DNA of 64,000 nucleotides from Octopus sinensis (taxonomy: Eukaryota). Shown here one piece after another: positions 38,968-51,732 of the stretch. The notes below the pieces were generated by a model. The model saw only the letters and a program-made list of their open reading frames with translations. It was not told the origin of the DNA and made no database searches. The position numbers and the translations under genes are program-made. Position 1 is the first letter of the stretch. Each line of letters opens with the position of its first letter. The stretch covers positions 31,186,001-31,250,000 of the forward strand of contig NC_043001.1 in NCBI RefSeq assembly GCF_006345805.1, in the 5' to 3' direction.

Positions 38968-39486
38968 GGTACTATTTAAGAAGAGTGGTCCCGGTGCGCG
39001 CACTCACGTACTCGCGCATCCGCGCTAGCTAGTCGTGACTATTCGATCCTACAACGACTACCTAGCAAAGTAAATAAAACACAAAATCACAATATAAATT
39101 ATGTGTAGCCGTATTTCGTCTGCCGTTACGTTCTGAGTTCAAATCCCGCCGAGGTCGACTTTGCCTTTCATCCTTTCGGAGTCGATTAAATAAGTACCAG
39201 TTACGAACTGAGATCGATATAATCGACTTAATCCGTTTGTCTGTCTTTGTTTGTCCCCTCTGTTTAACCCCTTGTGGGTAGTAAGGAAATAAATATAAAT
39301 TATTTTTTTACGCAAGTAAATAATTTTTTAAAACAAGGTAAATAAAAAAAACCACAAAGTAAATAATTTTTTTTAAAACAAAATAAAACAAAAACACAAA
39401 GTAAGGATCGACAAGTCATGACTAGCTAGCGCGGATGCGCGAGTACGCGAGTGCGCGCACCGAGACCACTCTTCTTAAATAGTACC
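38968..39486. mobile_element. Mutator-like (MULE) MITE with ~83-bp TIRs, 9-bp TSD and nested SINE
   Basis: TIR starts GGTACTATTTAAGAAGAGTGGTC. TSD ACAAAACGA / ACAAAATGA differs by one CpG decay. Confidence 0.85.
39103..39291 (+). mobile_element. 5'-truncated family A SINE with 12-bp TSD
   Basis: TSD AATATAAATTAT at 39091-39102 and 39292-39303. Confidence 0.9.
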
Positions 39487-40489
39487 ACAAAATGATGGGG
39501 TGTGATTTGAAGAAGTTTGGCTACACCTCGAAAAACCTTGTAGAAGTTTCCTCGATGGTTCGTGTAGTGGTTGTGCCTATGGGAGAGCGGACGGTTTTAA
39601 AGGCGTGACGGATTCCATCCCTTTTTCTCTTCCAAAGATCTCAATGTTTGTCTAAGACAGCTTCGTGTGTAAATGGAGGTAGAAGGGGAGAGAGAGGAAA
39701 CTGGTTTGCAACAATAAAATAAACACAAGAACGAATAAATAATAAATGGCACTAAAAGGACAGAAAGAAATGAGATTTCGACAGAGATAAAATATATATA
39801 TAAAAAAAAGACAGATGATACGATGGCTGGTAAAGGGTTTAGATTTATAGTCGGGCGCCGTGATGTCTGGTGAATATCGACCACACTGGAACTAAAACAA
39901 CAACCGCGGCGCTCACACGCGCGCGCACATACAGGCACACTCCCTTCTACAAGGTGTTGGGATATAAAGTATGAAATCCATGGTAAATCAAGAATTTGTA
40001 TCCAACTTGATAAAAGGAAAAGAGGTCAGTAACAAACCATAGACAAAACAAGGGAACTTAACGAGCAATTTCATACACTGCTATAGTTCATGAATTACTT
40101 CTGGAATACACACGCACAAACACACTTACACATATCATTATATATATTATATTATGATCGTATGAACTGAGCAAAGTACTCTGTTTAATAGGTTCATAAG
40201 ATTGTGATATAAAATTATATTTTCCATTTTCCGTATTTATTGAATGCCCTTCTTTTGACCTTATGAACCTTACTCGATCACCGAGGAAGGTTTTTTTGTT
40301 CCTGAAATCTATAAAGGTTATTAAAATTCTCTCTTTTTCCCACCCCTTTTCGATTGGCAAGAAGCACTTTGTTTTCATTATTCTTTTTTGTTTACTTCTT
40401 TATCACTATGCTCTTCATGTTCATATATATATGTAGCAAATCCATATATGTATGTGTGTGTATGTTTGTTGGGAGAATTCACAAAAAAA

Positions 40490-40651
40490 AAAAGAAAAAC
40501 AAAAGACGAAAACAGGTGGTGTAGACAACAAACAGAGTATAACGCTCGGAAAGGGAAAAAGTATTTAACGTTTCGCACCTACGCTCTTCCACAGAAAGGG
40601 ACACAGAAAGAAACAAGGAGAGAAAATAAAGAATGTGTAGTGGCTAGCGAG

Positions 40652-40655
<4 letters not shown>
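40490..40655 (-). mobile_element. HH4-related repeat with non-canonical hammerhead-like core
   Basis: Minus strand reads TTT CTGTGGA A GAGC gtag GTGC GAAA CGT T AAAT. It abuts a (TA)n tract. Confidence 0.5.
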
Positions 40656-40710
<55 letters not shown>

Positions 40711-41754
40711 ATATATATATATCGTGAAGTATATTTGCCACCTGATTGTGGCAGAAGCGAGAAGTAAGAAGTAATAGTACTACAGAGTAAAATGTGGTTG
40801 CCAACGTAAAGTGGCAGTCCTGATTAGGACGATATTACTACCTTTTTAAGCCTCAAGAAAACATCATTTCCAGCTGGCTACCGATGCACAACTGCGTCCT
40901 TATACCTCGAACAAGGTAGCTAATGTCTTCATTCAGCCTTAAACGGTACCTGCGGACCATATATATATATAATATATACATACATCCTTAAATCCTTAAA
41001 AATGTTTTAGCTCGCATATGTTTGTATATGTGTGTGTATATGTGCATGAAAAAAAATATATATTCGTATATGTGTATGTGTGAAAAAATATATATTTATA
41101 TGTATGGGTGTGAATGTGTGCGTGTGTGTGCATATGCGTACGAGTGTAGGTATGTTTCTACGTGTGTATGTATGTGAGAGCGCGTACGTATCCGTATATG
41201 TGAGCATGTGTGAACATATACGTATGTATATGCATATATATATAATATATACATATGTATATATGTATGTGTATGTGGATGTGTGAGTGTGTTTGTGTGT
41301 GTGTGTATGCGTGTATGCATCCGAGCATTGAATCTTAAAGGCCAGCTAAGGACAATCACATGTGTAACCAGCTATGACGTACAAAGAAATTAAATGCCAA
41401 TTCCTTTAAAACGACAACCACTTTAACAGTACCAGAATCACCATCCCACTACAACTACACATTCAAAGCAGTTTGCCAACGGCCCTTCAGCAATTACACA
41501 CCCTGGTAAGCTCAGAGACTACAACTAAATTCAGGCATCGACAGACAGATAGGATGTTCTTGAAGCCGGGGATTTTAAATTTACGGAGACAATATTTACA
41601 TATCGCCTGAAGAAACACGACTAGATCTTAAAATGCAGGGAAACAGTTGCATAATCAAGTACCTACAGACCTGGAGAACTACGTTGCATGGAAGCAATTG
41701 TAGCAATTGTACCCCTTCTTGTAGACTCCAATTTTTTCAATTATATATATATGA

Positions 41755-42570
41755 ATTGAATTGAGTTGAATTGAAATAGCTTCAGCTCACGAGCTGTGGC
41801 CATGCCGGAGCACTGCTATTTGGTGTTGCTACACACATTTTACTGCAGTAATTCTTTTTAGAACTTGACATTTGGTGGATGAGGTAGTTTGACGCTGCTG
41901 TCCTCGTTTGCACTTTCTGCTGTGAAGTTGGTTCATCTGAGACTCTTGACAAGTAAGAGATCTAGTTTTGTTTGAAGACATCTACATCCACCCCATGTAG
42001 GTCTCTCAGGTCTTTCGGGAAGATATTGAAGAGTTGTGGGCCTATAAAGCCCAGGCTATTACAATATCTTGTCCTATATTTTGATGGCAAAGTTGGAATC
42101 TTTGATACTATGTAGTGGCGCCCTGTTATAGCGTTAGTGTAACTCTCAATGCCAAAATTTGGAACAAATCTCTCCAGAAAAATCCAGATGTATATTACAG
42201 CATATCTTGCCCGCTTACACTCCAGGGGATAGAGTCTCCATCTCTTGAGTCTTTCCTGGTAGCTTATATGCTGCATAGAGGCTGTTTTCTTCGTGTAGCT
42301 TCGTTAGATTATCTCAAGTTCTGCAATTAATTTACCGTGGTTGGTGACCATAGCTGGGAACAATAGTCAAAGCAGCTTAGGACAAATGACCTCCAGAGGA
42401 CCATCATGGTTTCCTGATCTCTCGTTTTAAAAGAATCCATCCGGTCAGCCTCCTGCATTTCATTGCTAATTTAGCAACATGCACATGGAATGCTGCTTCA
42501 TTACTCATGTAAATACTCAGGTCTCACACTGACTGTCTCTGGGATTGCAATCACTCCAGATCCAGTGTAT
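41755..42570 (-). pseudogene. CR1-like LINE 3' fragment (ORF2 C-terminus, 3' UTR, TTCAA-type tail)
   Basis: GWIL..KTRDQETMMVLWRSFVLSCFDYCSQLWSP and SYQERLKRWRLYPLECKRARY...GPQLFNIFPKDLRDLHGVDVDVFK. Confidence 0.88.
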
Positions 42571-43271
42571 TTAATTTGTATTGCATTTAGTTTTGCATTC
42601 TGATAGCAGTGCTTGAAACATTTCAGCATTAAACTGCACGCTATTGTTCTTAGCCCACCGTCGCTTGACAACCGATGTTCGTGTGTTTACGTCCCCGTAA
42701 CTTAGCATTTCGGCAAAAGAGTAAAAGGATAACAATGGACAACTGCACCGCAATTTCCAGGTTCTAAACCCAGGTTAAAAACGCACGTTTATATCAATAT
42801 CAGCGCATTTGGTTTTGTGAGTAAATCCCCAAATGACAATTTGGAAAATTGTGGATTTTTTAGAGGAGAGAAAAGACAAAAAAAAAACCCCAAGCAACCC
42901 CTCCCCCCACACCTAACATTACAAGCATTATCTTTCGGTAGAACAGCAAAAATATGCAAAATGTGACATTGTTTTTGTTATCTATATTCCAAAGATGGCG
43001 CTTTGAAATCTCTGTTCGAAACCAATTCCTCTCTTACAAGATTTCAAATAATTAATAACAGAAAAGAACATCCGTCCGTCCATCCATCCATCCGTCCATC
43101 CATCCATCCATCCATCTATACATACATACATACATACATACATACATACATACTATTGGTGGAATGTCCCAGTGAAAGCCTCAATAAAATGTAAACACAA
43201 CAGACCTGATATAATGATTTGGGATAGAGAAGAGAAACGGTGCACAGACACACAAATACCCCACCCATATA

Positions 43272-43324
<53 letters not shown>

Positions 43325-43325
<1 letters not shown>

Positions 43326-43447
43326 GGACGGGCTTCTTTCAGTTTTCGTCTATCAAATCCATTCACAAGGCTTTGGTCAGCCCGAGGCTATAGTAGAAGA
43401 CACTTGCCCAAGGTGCCGCGCAAGTTTCTTACCACACAGCCACTCCT
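43325..43447 (-). mobile_element. Family C SINE 5' half, internally deleted
   Basis: GACGGGCTTCTTTCAG...CTTACCACACAGCCACTCCT. Confidence 0.8.
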
Positions 43448-43544
43448 ACGCCGATTTATGTATGTATGTATGTATGTATGTATGTATGTATGTATGTATG
43501 TACTATGTATGTATGCATGTATGTATGTACTCTGTATATATGTA

Positions 43545-43752
43545 TGTGACTGCGTGTGTATCGTTGGCGATTTTCTTCCTCCGTCTTCCCTTCCTTGGAC
43601 CTTTCCTTTTTCTAAGTTTCTGACGAAGAGCTCCGCTCGAAACGTTAAATCCTCCTACTTTCTTTCCTTTCCTGAGCGTTCAATAACACTATTCTTGCTC
43701 CACGTCCTCGCGTTGTTGTGTTTTCTCTTTGTGTTTTCACTATTGGATTAAC

Positions 43753-43755
<3 letters not shown>
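43545..43755 (+). mobile_element. Hammerhead-bearing repeat (family HH4), second copy
   Basis: Homologous to 37737-37932 and embedded between (TATG)n tracts. Confidence 0.8.
43616..43650 (+). ncRNA. Minimal hammerhead motif (HH4)
   Basis: GTTT CTGACGA A GAGC tcc GCTC GAAA CGT T AAAT. 4-bp stem I including one G.U pair. Confidence 0.72.
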
Positions 43756-43818
<63 letters not shown>

Positions 43819-44166
43819 TGTATGCATGGATTGAGAGGTTAGGGCATTGCTAATTATTAGTGGCACTAACAGCTAGATAAAATGTAGCAGCGGAGGCGGT
43901 AATGGTGGTGAAGCTAATGGAATAAAGGATTGCTAAAGTTGTGGATTGTTGGGTGTGGGCCATAAACCTGCAGGAAATTGTTATCGTGGGAGAGATGTAA
44001 TATAAGAAGCGAATATTGGTAAAGTTAATGGCATTAACAGCCGGTACAATTAGTCAGGGCGAAGATAACGCTAGAAATCGTAGTGCTGCTCACGGTGATG
44101 ATGAAATTGGCATAGTGGAGGTACTAGCGATGGATTTGGGGTTACCGTTAGTTTTGGGAGTAGAGG

Positions 44167-44344
44167 GTGGTGGTGGTGGTGGTGGTCGTCGTCGTCGTGG
44201 TGGTGGCCCTTTTTGGTAAAAAAAAATAACAACCAGAAATCGATGGAGTAGGGAAAGTGGTGGTGGTGATGATGATGATGATGATGACGATGGTGATGTT
44301 GCTCACTGCAAAAGAGTTATGTTATTGTTTGCAGTAACAACAGT

Positions 44345-44377
<33 letters not shown>

Positions 44378-44416
44378 TCATCATCATCATCTTCAGCAGC
44401 AGTAGTAGTAGTGGTA

Positions 44417-44462
<46 letters not shown>

Positions 44463-44518
44463 TAGTAGTGGTGGTGGTGGTGGTGGTGGTGGTGGTGGTG
44501 GTTTTTGTGGTGGTGATG

Positions 44519-44554
<36 letters not shown>

Positions 44555-44567
44555 GTTGTTGTGGTTG

Positions 44568-44599
<32 letters not shown>

Positions 44600-44830
44600 C
44601 GTCGTCGTCGTCGTGGTGGTGGCCCTTTTTGGTAAAAAAAAATAACAACCAGAAATCGATGGAGTAGGGAAAGTGGTGGTGGTGATGATGATGATGATGA
44701 TGACGATGGTGATGTTGCTCACTGCAAAAGAGTTATGTTATTGTTTGCAGTAACAACAGTGTAAGTAGTAGTAGTAGTAGTAGTAGTAGTATCATCATCA
44801 TCATCTTCAGCAGCAGTAGTAGTAGTGGTA

Positions 44831-44876
<46 letters not shown>

Positions 44877-44920
44877 TAGTAGTGGTGGTGGTGGTGGTGG
44901 TGGTTTTTGTGGTGGTGATG

Positions 44921-44952
<32 letters not shown>

Positions 44953-44960
44953 TGTTGTGG

Positions 44961-44992
<32 letters not shown>

Positions 44993-45000
44993 GGTGATGT
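44167..45000. repeat. Two tandem ~416-bp units of mixed GTN/GAT trinucleotide repeats
   Basis: Anchor CCCTTTTTGGTAAA at 44207 and 44623. Confidence 0.9.
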
Positions 45001-45637
45001 AGGCAAGGAGGAGTAGCAACGATAAAATTAAAGTTTTGCCGAGCAACGATGGTAATAATACTGGTGATAAAAATGATGGGAAAGAGTTGTGATGCGCGAT
45101 GCTAGTGAATAAGAGAGCAATGGAGAGAGAGACAGAGAGATAGAAAAAGAAGGGTGAGAGAAAGACAGTGAGAGAGAGAGAGACGAAGGGTGAGAGAAAG
45201 ACAGAGAGAGTGAGAGAGAAGAAGGGTGAGAGAAAGACAGAGAGAGAAAGGGAGATGCATTAATTGTAGTGTATGTCGGTGAGGAGAAAATAAAATAAAG
45301 TCGACTCTATTAGCAGTGACCCGGCCTTCTTGATGGGTGGGGCAATATACTTTAGATAACATTTTCAATAAAACACTGCCTCGGTAATGGCGATTCTCCC
45401 TACTTATATTTTATTTATTTATTCATTTATTTTGCACTCGATCCTGCAGCTGGTATTCCGCATTAAATTTGACTAATTGTCCCCAATTTTAGCGTTGGTA
45501 TTTATATTCGTGTGCCCTTGACACACAATTTGCACTGGAACTAGAAATCTAGTTGTAAGTAGGGCACACAAGAGATTGTAATTTCCTTTATGTATTTATT
45601 TATTTATCATTGTTGTTGTTGTTGTTGTTGTTGTTAA

Positions 45638-46035
45638 GGCGGCGAGCTGGCAGAATCGTTAGCACGCCGGGCGAAATGCTTAGCGATATTTCGTCTGCTG
45701 TTACGTTCTGAGTTCAAATTCCGCCGACGTCGACTTTGCCTTTCATCCTTTCGGGGTCGATAAATTAAGTACCAGTTACGCACTGGGGTCGATGTAATCG
45801 ACTTAATCCCTTTGTCTGTCCTTGTTTGTTCTCTCTGTGTTTAGCCCCTTGTAGGTAGTAAAGAAATAGGTATTTCGTCTGTCTTCATGTCCTGAGTTCA
45901 AATTCTGTTGAGGTTGACTCTGCCTTTCATCCTTTCGGAGTCGATAGATTAAGTACCAGTGAAACATTGCGGTGGATGTAATCGACTAGTCCCTTTCCCC
46001 AAAATTTCTGGCCTTGTGCCTTTAGTAGAAAGGAT
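45638..46035 (+). mobile_element. Dimeric family A SINE
   Basis: Full head, junction AAAGAAATA|GGTATTTCG near 45868, and a more diverged second unit. Confidence 0.9.
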
Positions 46036-46836
46036 TATTTTTGCTGTTGTTCTTGTTGTTTATTCAGTGGAGGGATAGCAATGCCTGTGACCTTTTCAGG
46101 GCATCCGTGATTGGTGACAGGAAGCTTTTCCCGGACAAGAGACCTACCCCGAATGTTTGCAGAGAGGACTACTGAAGTTGCCCTTAAACTAAAGTGGTAA
46201 AATAAAACCGAGCGATAGATTGGCAATGCTCGCACGTGAGTTTGTGCTTGTTCGCGCGTGCGTCTGATGGAAATGAAAATAATTCCGTAGCTCACAATGG
46301 TTGTTCACTGTTGTGGTGGTTCAGCGTCAAACTAGACCAAATCAAGCAGGCCGGTGAGCACGGGGTGGTTCAACTATGACCATCCCTTGAATTTTGTTTT
46401 TGTTGTTGTTGACGTGTAGTCTCACGTCAGTTCTCGAATGAGCATATTTAGACATACATAAGATTCACGTGAACGACAAAGTGTGATCCACAAATATTAT
46501 TCCAGATGAAGATGTAGAGCGCTTCCCATGTACTCATAACAGACGAACTGTAGACAGTGACCTCCACTACGGGCTAGCTTGCGAGCTGCTCCGCAGAGAA
46601 GGAACTTCCGGTTAAGTGGGAAAGGAGTCTGGGGATTGCAATGGCCGCTCGTACTCGCCCTCACTGCGTATCTGATTGAAGCGAAATAAACAATACATCG
46701 ACACTCTTGTTTCTGATTATTCTTATGTATAGCTTAACATAGCTATAAAGATATTGTTCCTGTTGTAGTTTCTTCAAGTATTCGGTCGGATGAAACACAA
46801 CATTTGGTACTTCCTTTTTCCATAATATATTTATGA

Positions 46837-47223
46837 CTAGCAGTATCGCCCGGCGTTGCACGGGTTTGTTTCGACCCTTTAGAATTGGAATTTTTGAAAT
46901 GTAAAAATTTTGCATTATGTAGCTTGTTATTCTCTTTAAGTGAATATTTTTCTGGTTGAAATACACCGAAAAATGGTGACACAACAGTAAAAAAAATCGT
47001 GAAAAATAGGGATTTTCATAGAAAAAAAGCACCTTTTTGATGTTAATAATTTTTGGTGTTAACATGGTCCGATTTGAATTTTTTCTTCTACAGAAGGAAG
47101 AACAAGCCTTCTTCTATCATACTCTCAATTTTGGTCAACTTGCGCCGCAGGATCTCAGAGGAGATAGTGTTAGTTAGGCTACTAAACCTGCCATACATAG
47201 ACAACTTCAGCTTTATATAGAGA
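46837..47223 (-). mobile_element. Non-autonomous Helitron
   Basis: Reverse complement of TC...CCCGTGCAACGCCGGGCGATACTGCTAG. The body is shared with 51676-52092. Confidence 0.9.
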
Positions 47224-47419
47224 TTACATTTTATAGAGATTACATTATCCAATGAGGCCTTTCAGTTTTAAAACGATACAGTGGGTAGTGATTTGAGGGA
47301 GATTTTAAGGCTGTTGTTCCCAAATCGCCACATGGTTTAGAGTAAGCCACCTCCTGTGCGACACCTTGGGCAGGTGCCAACAATACATTGTGAGTAAATT
47401 TAATAGAGAGAAAGTGTGT

Positions 47420-47825
47420 GGTAGCTCGATGTGGCAAGATGTTTGCCTCCCAGCCACATGGTTCTGGGTTCAGTCCCACTGCGTGACATTTTGGGCAGGT
47501 GTCTTCTATTATACCCTCGGGCCGACCAAAACCTTGAGTGTGGATTTGGTAGACGGAAACTGAAAGAAGCCCGTCGTATATGTATGTATTTGTGTGTGCG
47601 CGTTATTGAGTCAGTGTTTGCTCCACCACTTCTTAACAACTGCTGTTGGTATATTTACGTCCCCGTAACTTAGCGGTTCGGTGAAAAGACCGGTAGAATA
47701 AGTACCAGGCTGAAAAAGCAAAAACAAAAACACAAGTAGTGGGGTCGATTCATTCGACTAAAAATTTTTCATGGCGATGCCCCAGCATGGCAGCGGTCTA
47801 ATGACGGAAACAAAAGATAAAAGAT
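47420..47825 (+). mobile_element. SINE family C
   Basis: GGTTCAGTCCCACTGCG..GGGCAGGTGTCTTCTA..GAAACTGAAAGAAGCCCGTCG, with tail CCAGCATGG..AAAAGATAAAAGATA. Confidence 0.85.
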
Positions 47826-47945
47826 ATGTGAATGTGTGTGTGTGTGTGTGTGTGCGTATGTGTGTGTGTGCGCGTGCGTTTGAGTATGTTTGTGAATGGA
47901 TGGATGAATGGATGGATGGATGGATGAATAGAGGTACTGAAGCAA

Positions 47946-48791
47946 GGTTAAGTATGACCGTTTAAATTGTTTTCAACTGGATGGAGGGATGGATGGATGG
48001 ATGGGTGGATGGATGGATGGATGGATGGATGATGGATGGATGGATGGATGGATGGATGGATGGATGGATGGATGGATGGATGGATGGAAGGAAGGAAGGA
48101 AGGAAGGAAGGTTGAGTATGACCGTTAAATTGTTTTCAACTGGATGGAGGGATGGATGGAGGATGGATGGATGGGTGGATGGATGGATGGATGGATGGAA
48201 GAAGGAAGGAGGAGGAAGGAAGGAAGGAAGGAAGGAGGAAGGAAGGAAGGTTGAGTATGACCGTTTAAATTGTTTTCAACTGGATGGAGGGATGGATGGA
48301 TGGATGGGTGGATGGATGGATGGATGGATGGAAGGAAGGAAGGAAGGAAGGAAGGAAGGAAGGAAGGAAGGTTGAGTATGACCGTTTAAATTGTTTTCAA
48401 CTGGATGGAGGGATGGATGGATGGATGGGTGGATGGATGGATGGATGGATGGATGGATGGATGGAAGGAAGGAAGGAAGGAAGGAAGGAAGGAAGGAAGG
48501 AAGGTTGAGTATGACCGTTTAAATTGTTTTCAACTGGATGGAGGGATGGATGGATGGATGGGTGGATGGATGGAGGGATGGATGGATGGATGGATGGAAG
48601 GAAGAAGGAAGGAAGGAAGGAAGGAAGGAAGGAGGTTGAGTATGACCGTTAAATTGTTTTCAACTGGATGGAGGGATGGATGGATGGATGGGTGGATGGA
48701 TGGATGGATGGATGGATGGATGGATGGATGGATGGAAGGAAGGAAGGAAGGAAGGAAGGTTGAGTATGACCGTTTAAATTGTTTTACAACT
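47946..48791. repeat. Composite minisatellite: 7 copies of a ~33-bp core separated by (GGAT)n(GGAA)n
   Basis: Core GGTTGAGTATGACCGTTTAAATTGTTTTCAACT starts at 47946, 48110, 48249, 48370, 48503, 48634 and 48758. Confidence 0.95.
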
Positions 48792-49291
48792 GCCAAACGG
48801 AAGATGACATTTTAGCCCAGCCGGTGCAGCTTTTTGCAAACTATCTTATAAGTGTCTCCATGCTGTTAAATGCAATGCATGCTGTTTGACACTGAGTACA
48901 GGCACGCGTGTATCTTTTCAGACCACCAGTAAAGAAAGACAACATTTATTGCACTGCATAGCAGACATATGTTCTTTCGGGTGGCGAAGAATTATTATTA
49001 GCTCGTTTTGGTTCACATATTCATACATAACACACCACACACACACACACACATATATTTAAGTATTATGTAATTTATATGCATAGCAGTTTCGTGCAGC
49101 CGCACTTATCAAAATTTGGCAAGAGCAAAGCACGACACACTGGGCCTGTAAACGTATGTAATGAGTATCATTGCTCCTGTTTGTTTCTTCAATATATGTG
49201 TATATGTGCTATATATACTGTTACACATACATACATACGTACTACATACATGCATATACGGTGCATGTATATCTATAACTAAAGCTGTCTG

Positions 49292-49357
<66 letters not shown>

Positions 49358-49500
49358 GTAGAGGCGCAATGGCTCGGTGGTTAGAGCAGTGGACTCTCGG
49401 TCATAGCATCCCGGTTTCGATTCCTAGACCGGGTGTTGTAACTGTTTATTGAGCGAAAAACTTAAAGCACCACGTGGCTCTGGCAGGGGATGGTGGTGAT
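49358..49500 (+). mobile_element. Family B SINE, 3'-truncated
   Basis: GTAGAGGCGCAATGGCTCGGTGGTTAGAGCAG..GGTTTCGATTCC. Confidence 0.8.
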
Positions 49501-49934
49501 TTAAAACCAAAACAGTCTTCTAAACCATCAATTCACGATCACAGAGTTAAAAGTGCCATTTTAGCGTATAGTCTACCTGATCATTTACACTTTAGCATGC
49601 AGTCTAACCCTAACCTTAAACCGTAACACAGATCAAGTCGATTCACAGAGTAGCAATAGATACTGCGGTAGAACGCATGCAAGTTAACTTAGCACTTAAT
49701 TTCAACTGGTGAAACTACTGTTTTCGGACTATTTAGTGAATTCCTATCTTATGAAGCTGTTTTATTAGGTTTCCAGACACTACCCTTCCACTCCAGCACT
49801 CTTTAAAATTAACAGGAGGCTTTCGCTCTGTTACATTCTACACAAGTTTTTAACAATGAATGTACCTTGGAACATTTGTTTCATTTATAGTATAATTTAT
49901 TCAATTCGCTTAAAACTTTCGCTTAATTCAACTC

Positions 49935-50335
49935 TTTACTCTTTTACTCTTTTACTTGTTTCAGTCATTTGACTGCGGCCATGCTGGAGCACCGCCTTTA
50001 GTCGAGGAAGTCGACCCCAGGACTTATTCTTTGTAAGCCTAGTACTTATTCTATCGCTCCCTTTTTGCCGAACCACTAAGTTACAGCATCGGTTGTCAAG
50101 CGATGATGGAGGGGGGACAAACACAGACACACAAACATATACACACACGTATATATATACATATACATAAAAACGACGGGCTTCTTTCAGTTTCCGTCAA
50201 CCAAATCCACTCACAAGGCTTTGGTCGGCCCGAGGCTATAGTAGAAGACACTTGCCCAAGGTGTCACGCAGTGGGACTGAACCCGGAACCATGTGGTTGG
50301 TAAGCAAGCTACTTACCACACAGCCATTCCTGCGT
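49935..50335 (-). mobile_element. Full-length family C SINE
   Basis: Reverse complement of head AGGAATGGCTGTGTGGTAAG through the (GAGTAAAA)n tail. Confidence 0.92.
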
Positions 50336-50773
50336 CACACTAAACATAAACCATTCTAAAGTCTTAACTAGCTACATGCTTACTTCTCGAAATAACTTCA
50401 CTTCTTTTACAGTAAATACTAACCTATAATGAAATGCATATAAACGCGTGCTTCTCCTCTAGACTGCTCCATACTTTATTCTTTATCTTCACCGGAGATC
50501 CTTGAACTGGATATCCCTTTTGGAGTAACTCTTAACTTTAGCACTTGATCCCACTTATTACCTGGGGAGATATCAAATCTTTTGCACCTACAAATTACTC
50601 ATATAAATAGCTTAGATGGAATGTATAAATCCCAAAGGACATTTATATGTTAATAAGTTAGTACGTTTGTAACTACCTAACTTCTAGGTCATGCTAAGGG
50701 AAATAACTGAAAAGCAAAAAAAGAAAAAAAAAAACAAAGGAAAATGAAGGGAAAAATAAAAGATATGTTGATT

Positions 50774-51186
50774 AGGAGTGGCTGTGTGGTAAGTAGCTTG
50801 CTTACCGACCACATGGTTCAGGGTTCAGTCCCACTACGTGGCACCTTGGGCAAGTGTCTTCTACTATTGCCTCGGGCCGACCAAAGCCTTGTGAGTAGAT
50901 TTGGTAGACGGAAACTGAAAGAAGCCCGTCGTATATATGTATATATATGTATGTGTGTATATATATTTGTGTGTCTATGTTTGTCCTCCCAACATCGCTT
51001 GGCAACCGATGCTGGTGTGTTTGCGTCCCCGTTACTTAGCGGTTCGGCAAAAGAGACCGATAGAATAAGTACTAGCCTTACAAAGAATAAGTCCTGGGAT
51101 CGATTTGCACGACTAAAGGTGGTGCTCCAGCATGGCCACAGTCAAATGACTGAAACAAGCAAAAGAGTAAAAGAGAGTAAAGAGTA
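50774..51186 (+). mobile_element. Full-length family C SINE
   Basis: AGGAGTGGCTGTGTGGTAAG head, B-box-like GGTTCAGTCCC, CORE-like segment and tail. It explains the 185-aa ORF. Confidence 0.92.
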
Positions 51187-51529
51187 TGTAGTGCTTATGG
51201 CGGTGATGATGTTTATTTATTGTTTGTGGTGGCTGTTGTTGGTTGTCAAGGTGGTCTTACTGCCGACAGCAACAATTAAATGTACTAAAGTGCAGCATTA
51301 ATTCACACAATATTTTTAATTTTAGTTCACAAAAATAAATTATTCGCCGGGAGCTCCTTATACTAATAAGAACTACCACCACCTCCATTAATTAACATCT
51401 TACCTAAGCCACAACTACAAACTTGCAGTTCTCAGTGCGCGCGTGCGCGTTCTTTCATTCATTTCTGCTTTTGATTATTTAAATTCTTCCTGAGAAAGGA
51501 GCTAGCTTTAGGCAAAGATACAAAGCTCC

Positions 51530-51697
51530 ATCACTGGAAAGTAGATAACAAAAACAATGTCTAGTCTTGCATATTTTTACTGTTCCACTTACAGGTGGTA
51601 TTTGTAATGTACGAGTCAGCTGATTGAGTTCTACTACTAAAAACCCTAGATTATCCAGATTGCCGGACCAATTAATCTTTATATATAAAGCTGAAGT

Positions 51698-51732
<35 letters not shown>

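Noticed and set aside
41607-41650. CTGAAGA ... GAAAC spacing
   Set aside because: The intervening sequence does not form stem II.
44016-45046. Long poly-V/T/H/Y ORFs
   Set aside because: They are translations of trinucleotide repeats. The same applies to the ORFs at 47989-48815 and 59380-59768.
47946-48791. CRISPR-like array (33-bp repeat with partly palindromic ends)
   Set aside because: The spacers are GGAT/GGAA microsatellites rather than unique sequences, there are no cas genes, and the context is eukaryotic.
50744-51301. Longest ORF (185 aa)
   Set aside because: It lies almost entirely on a family C SINE.
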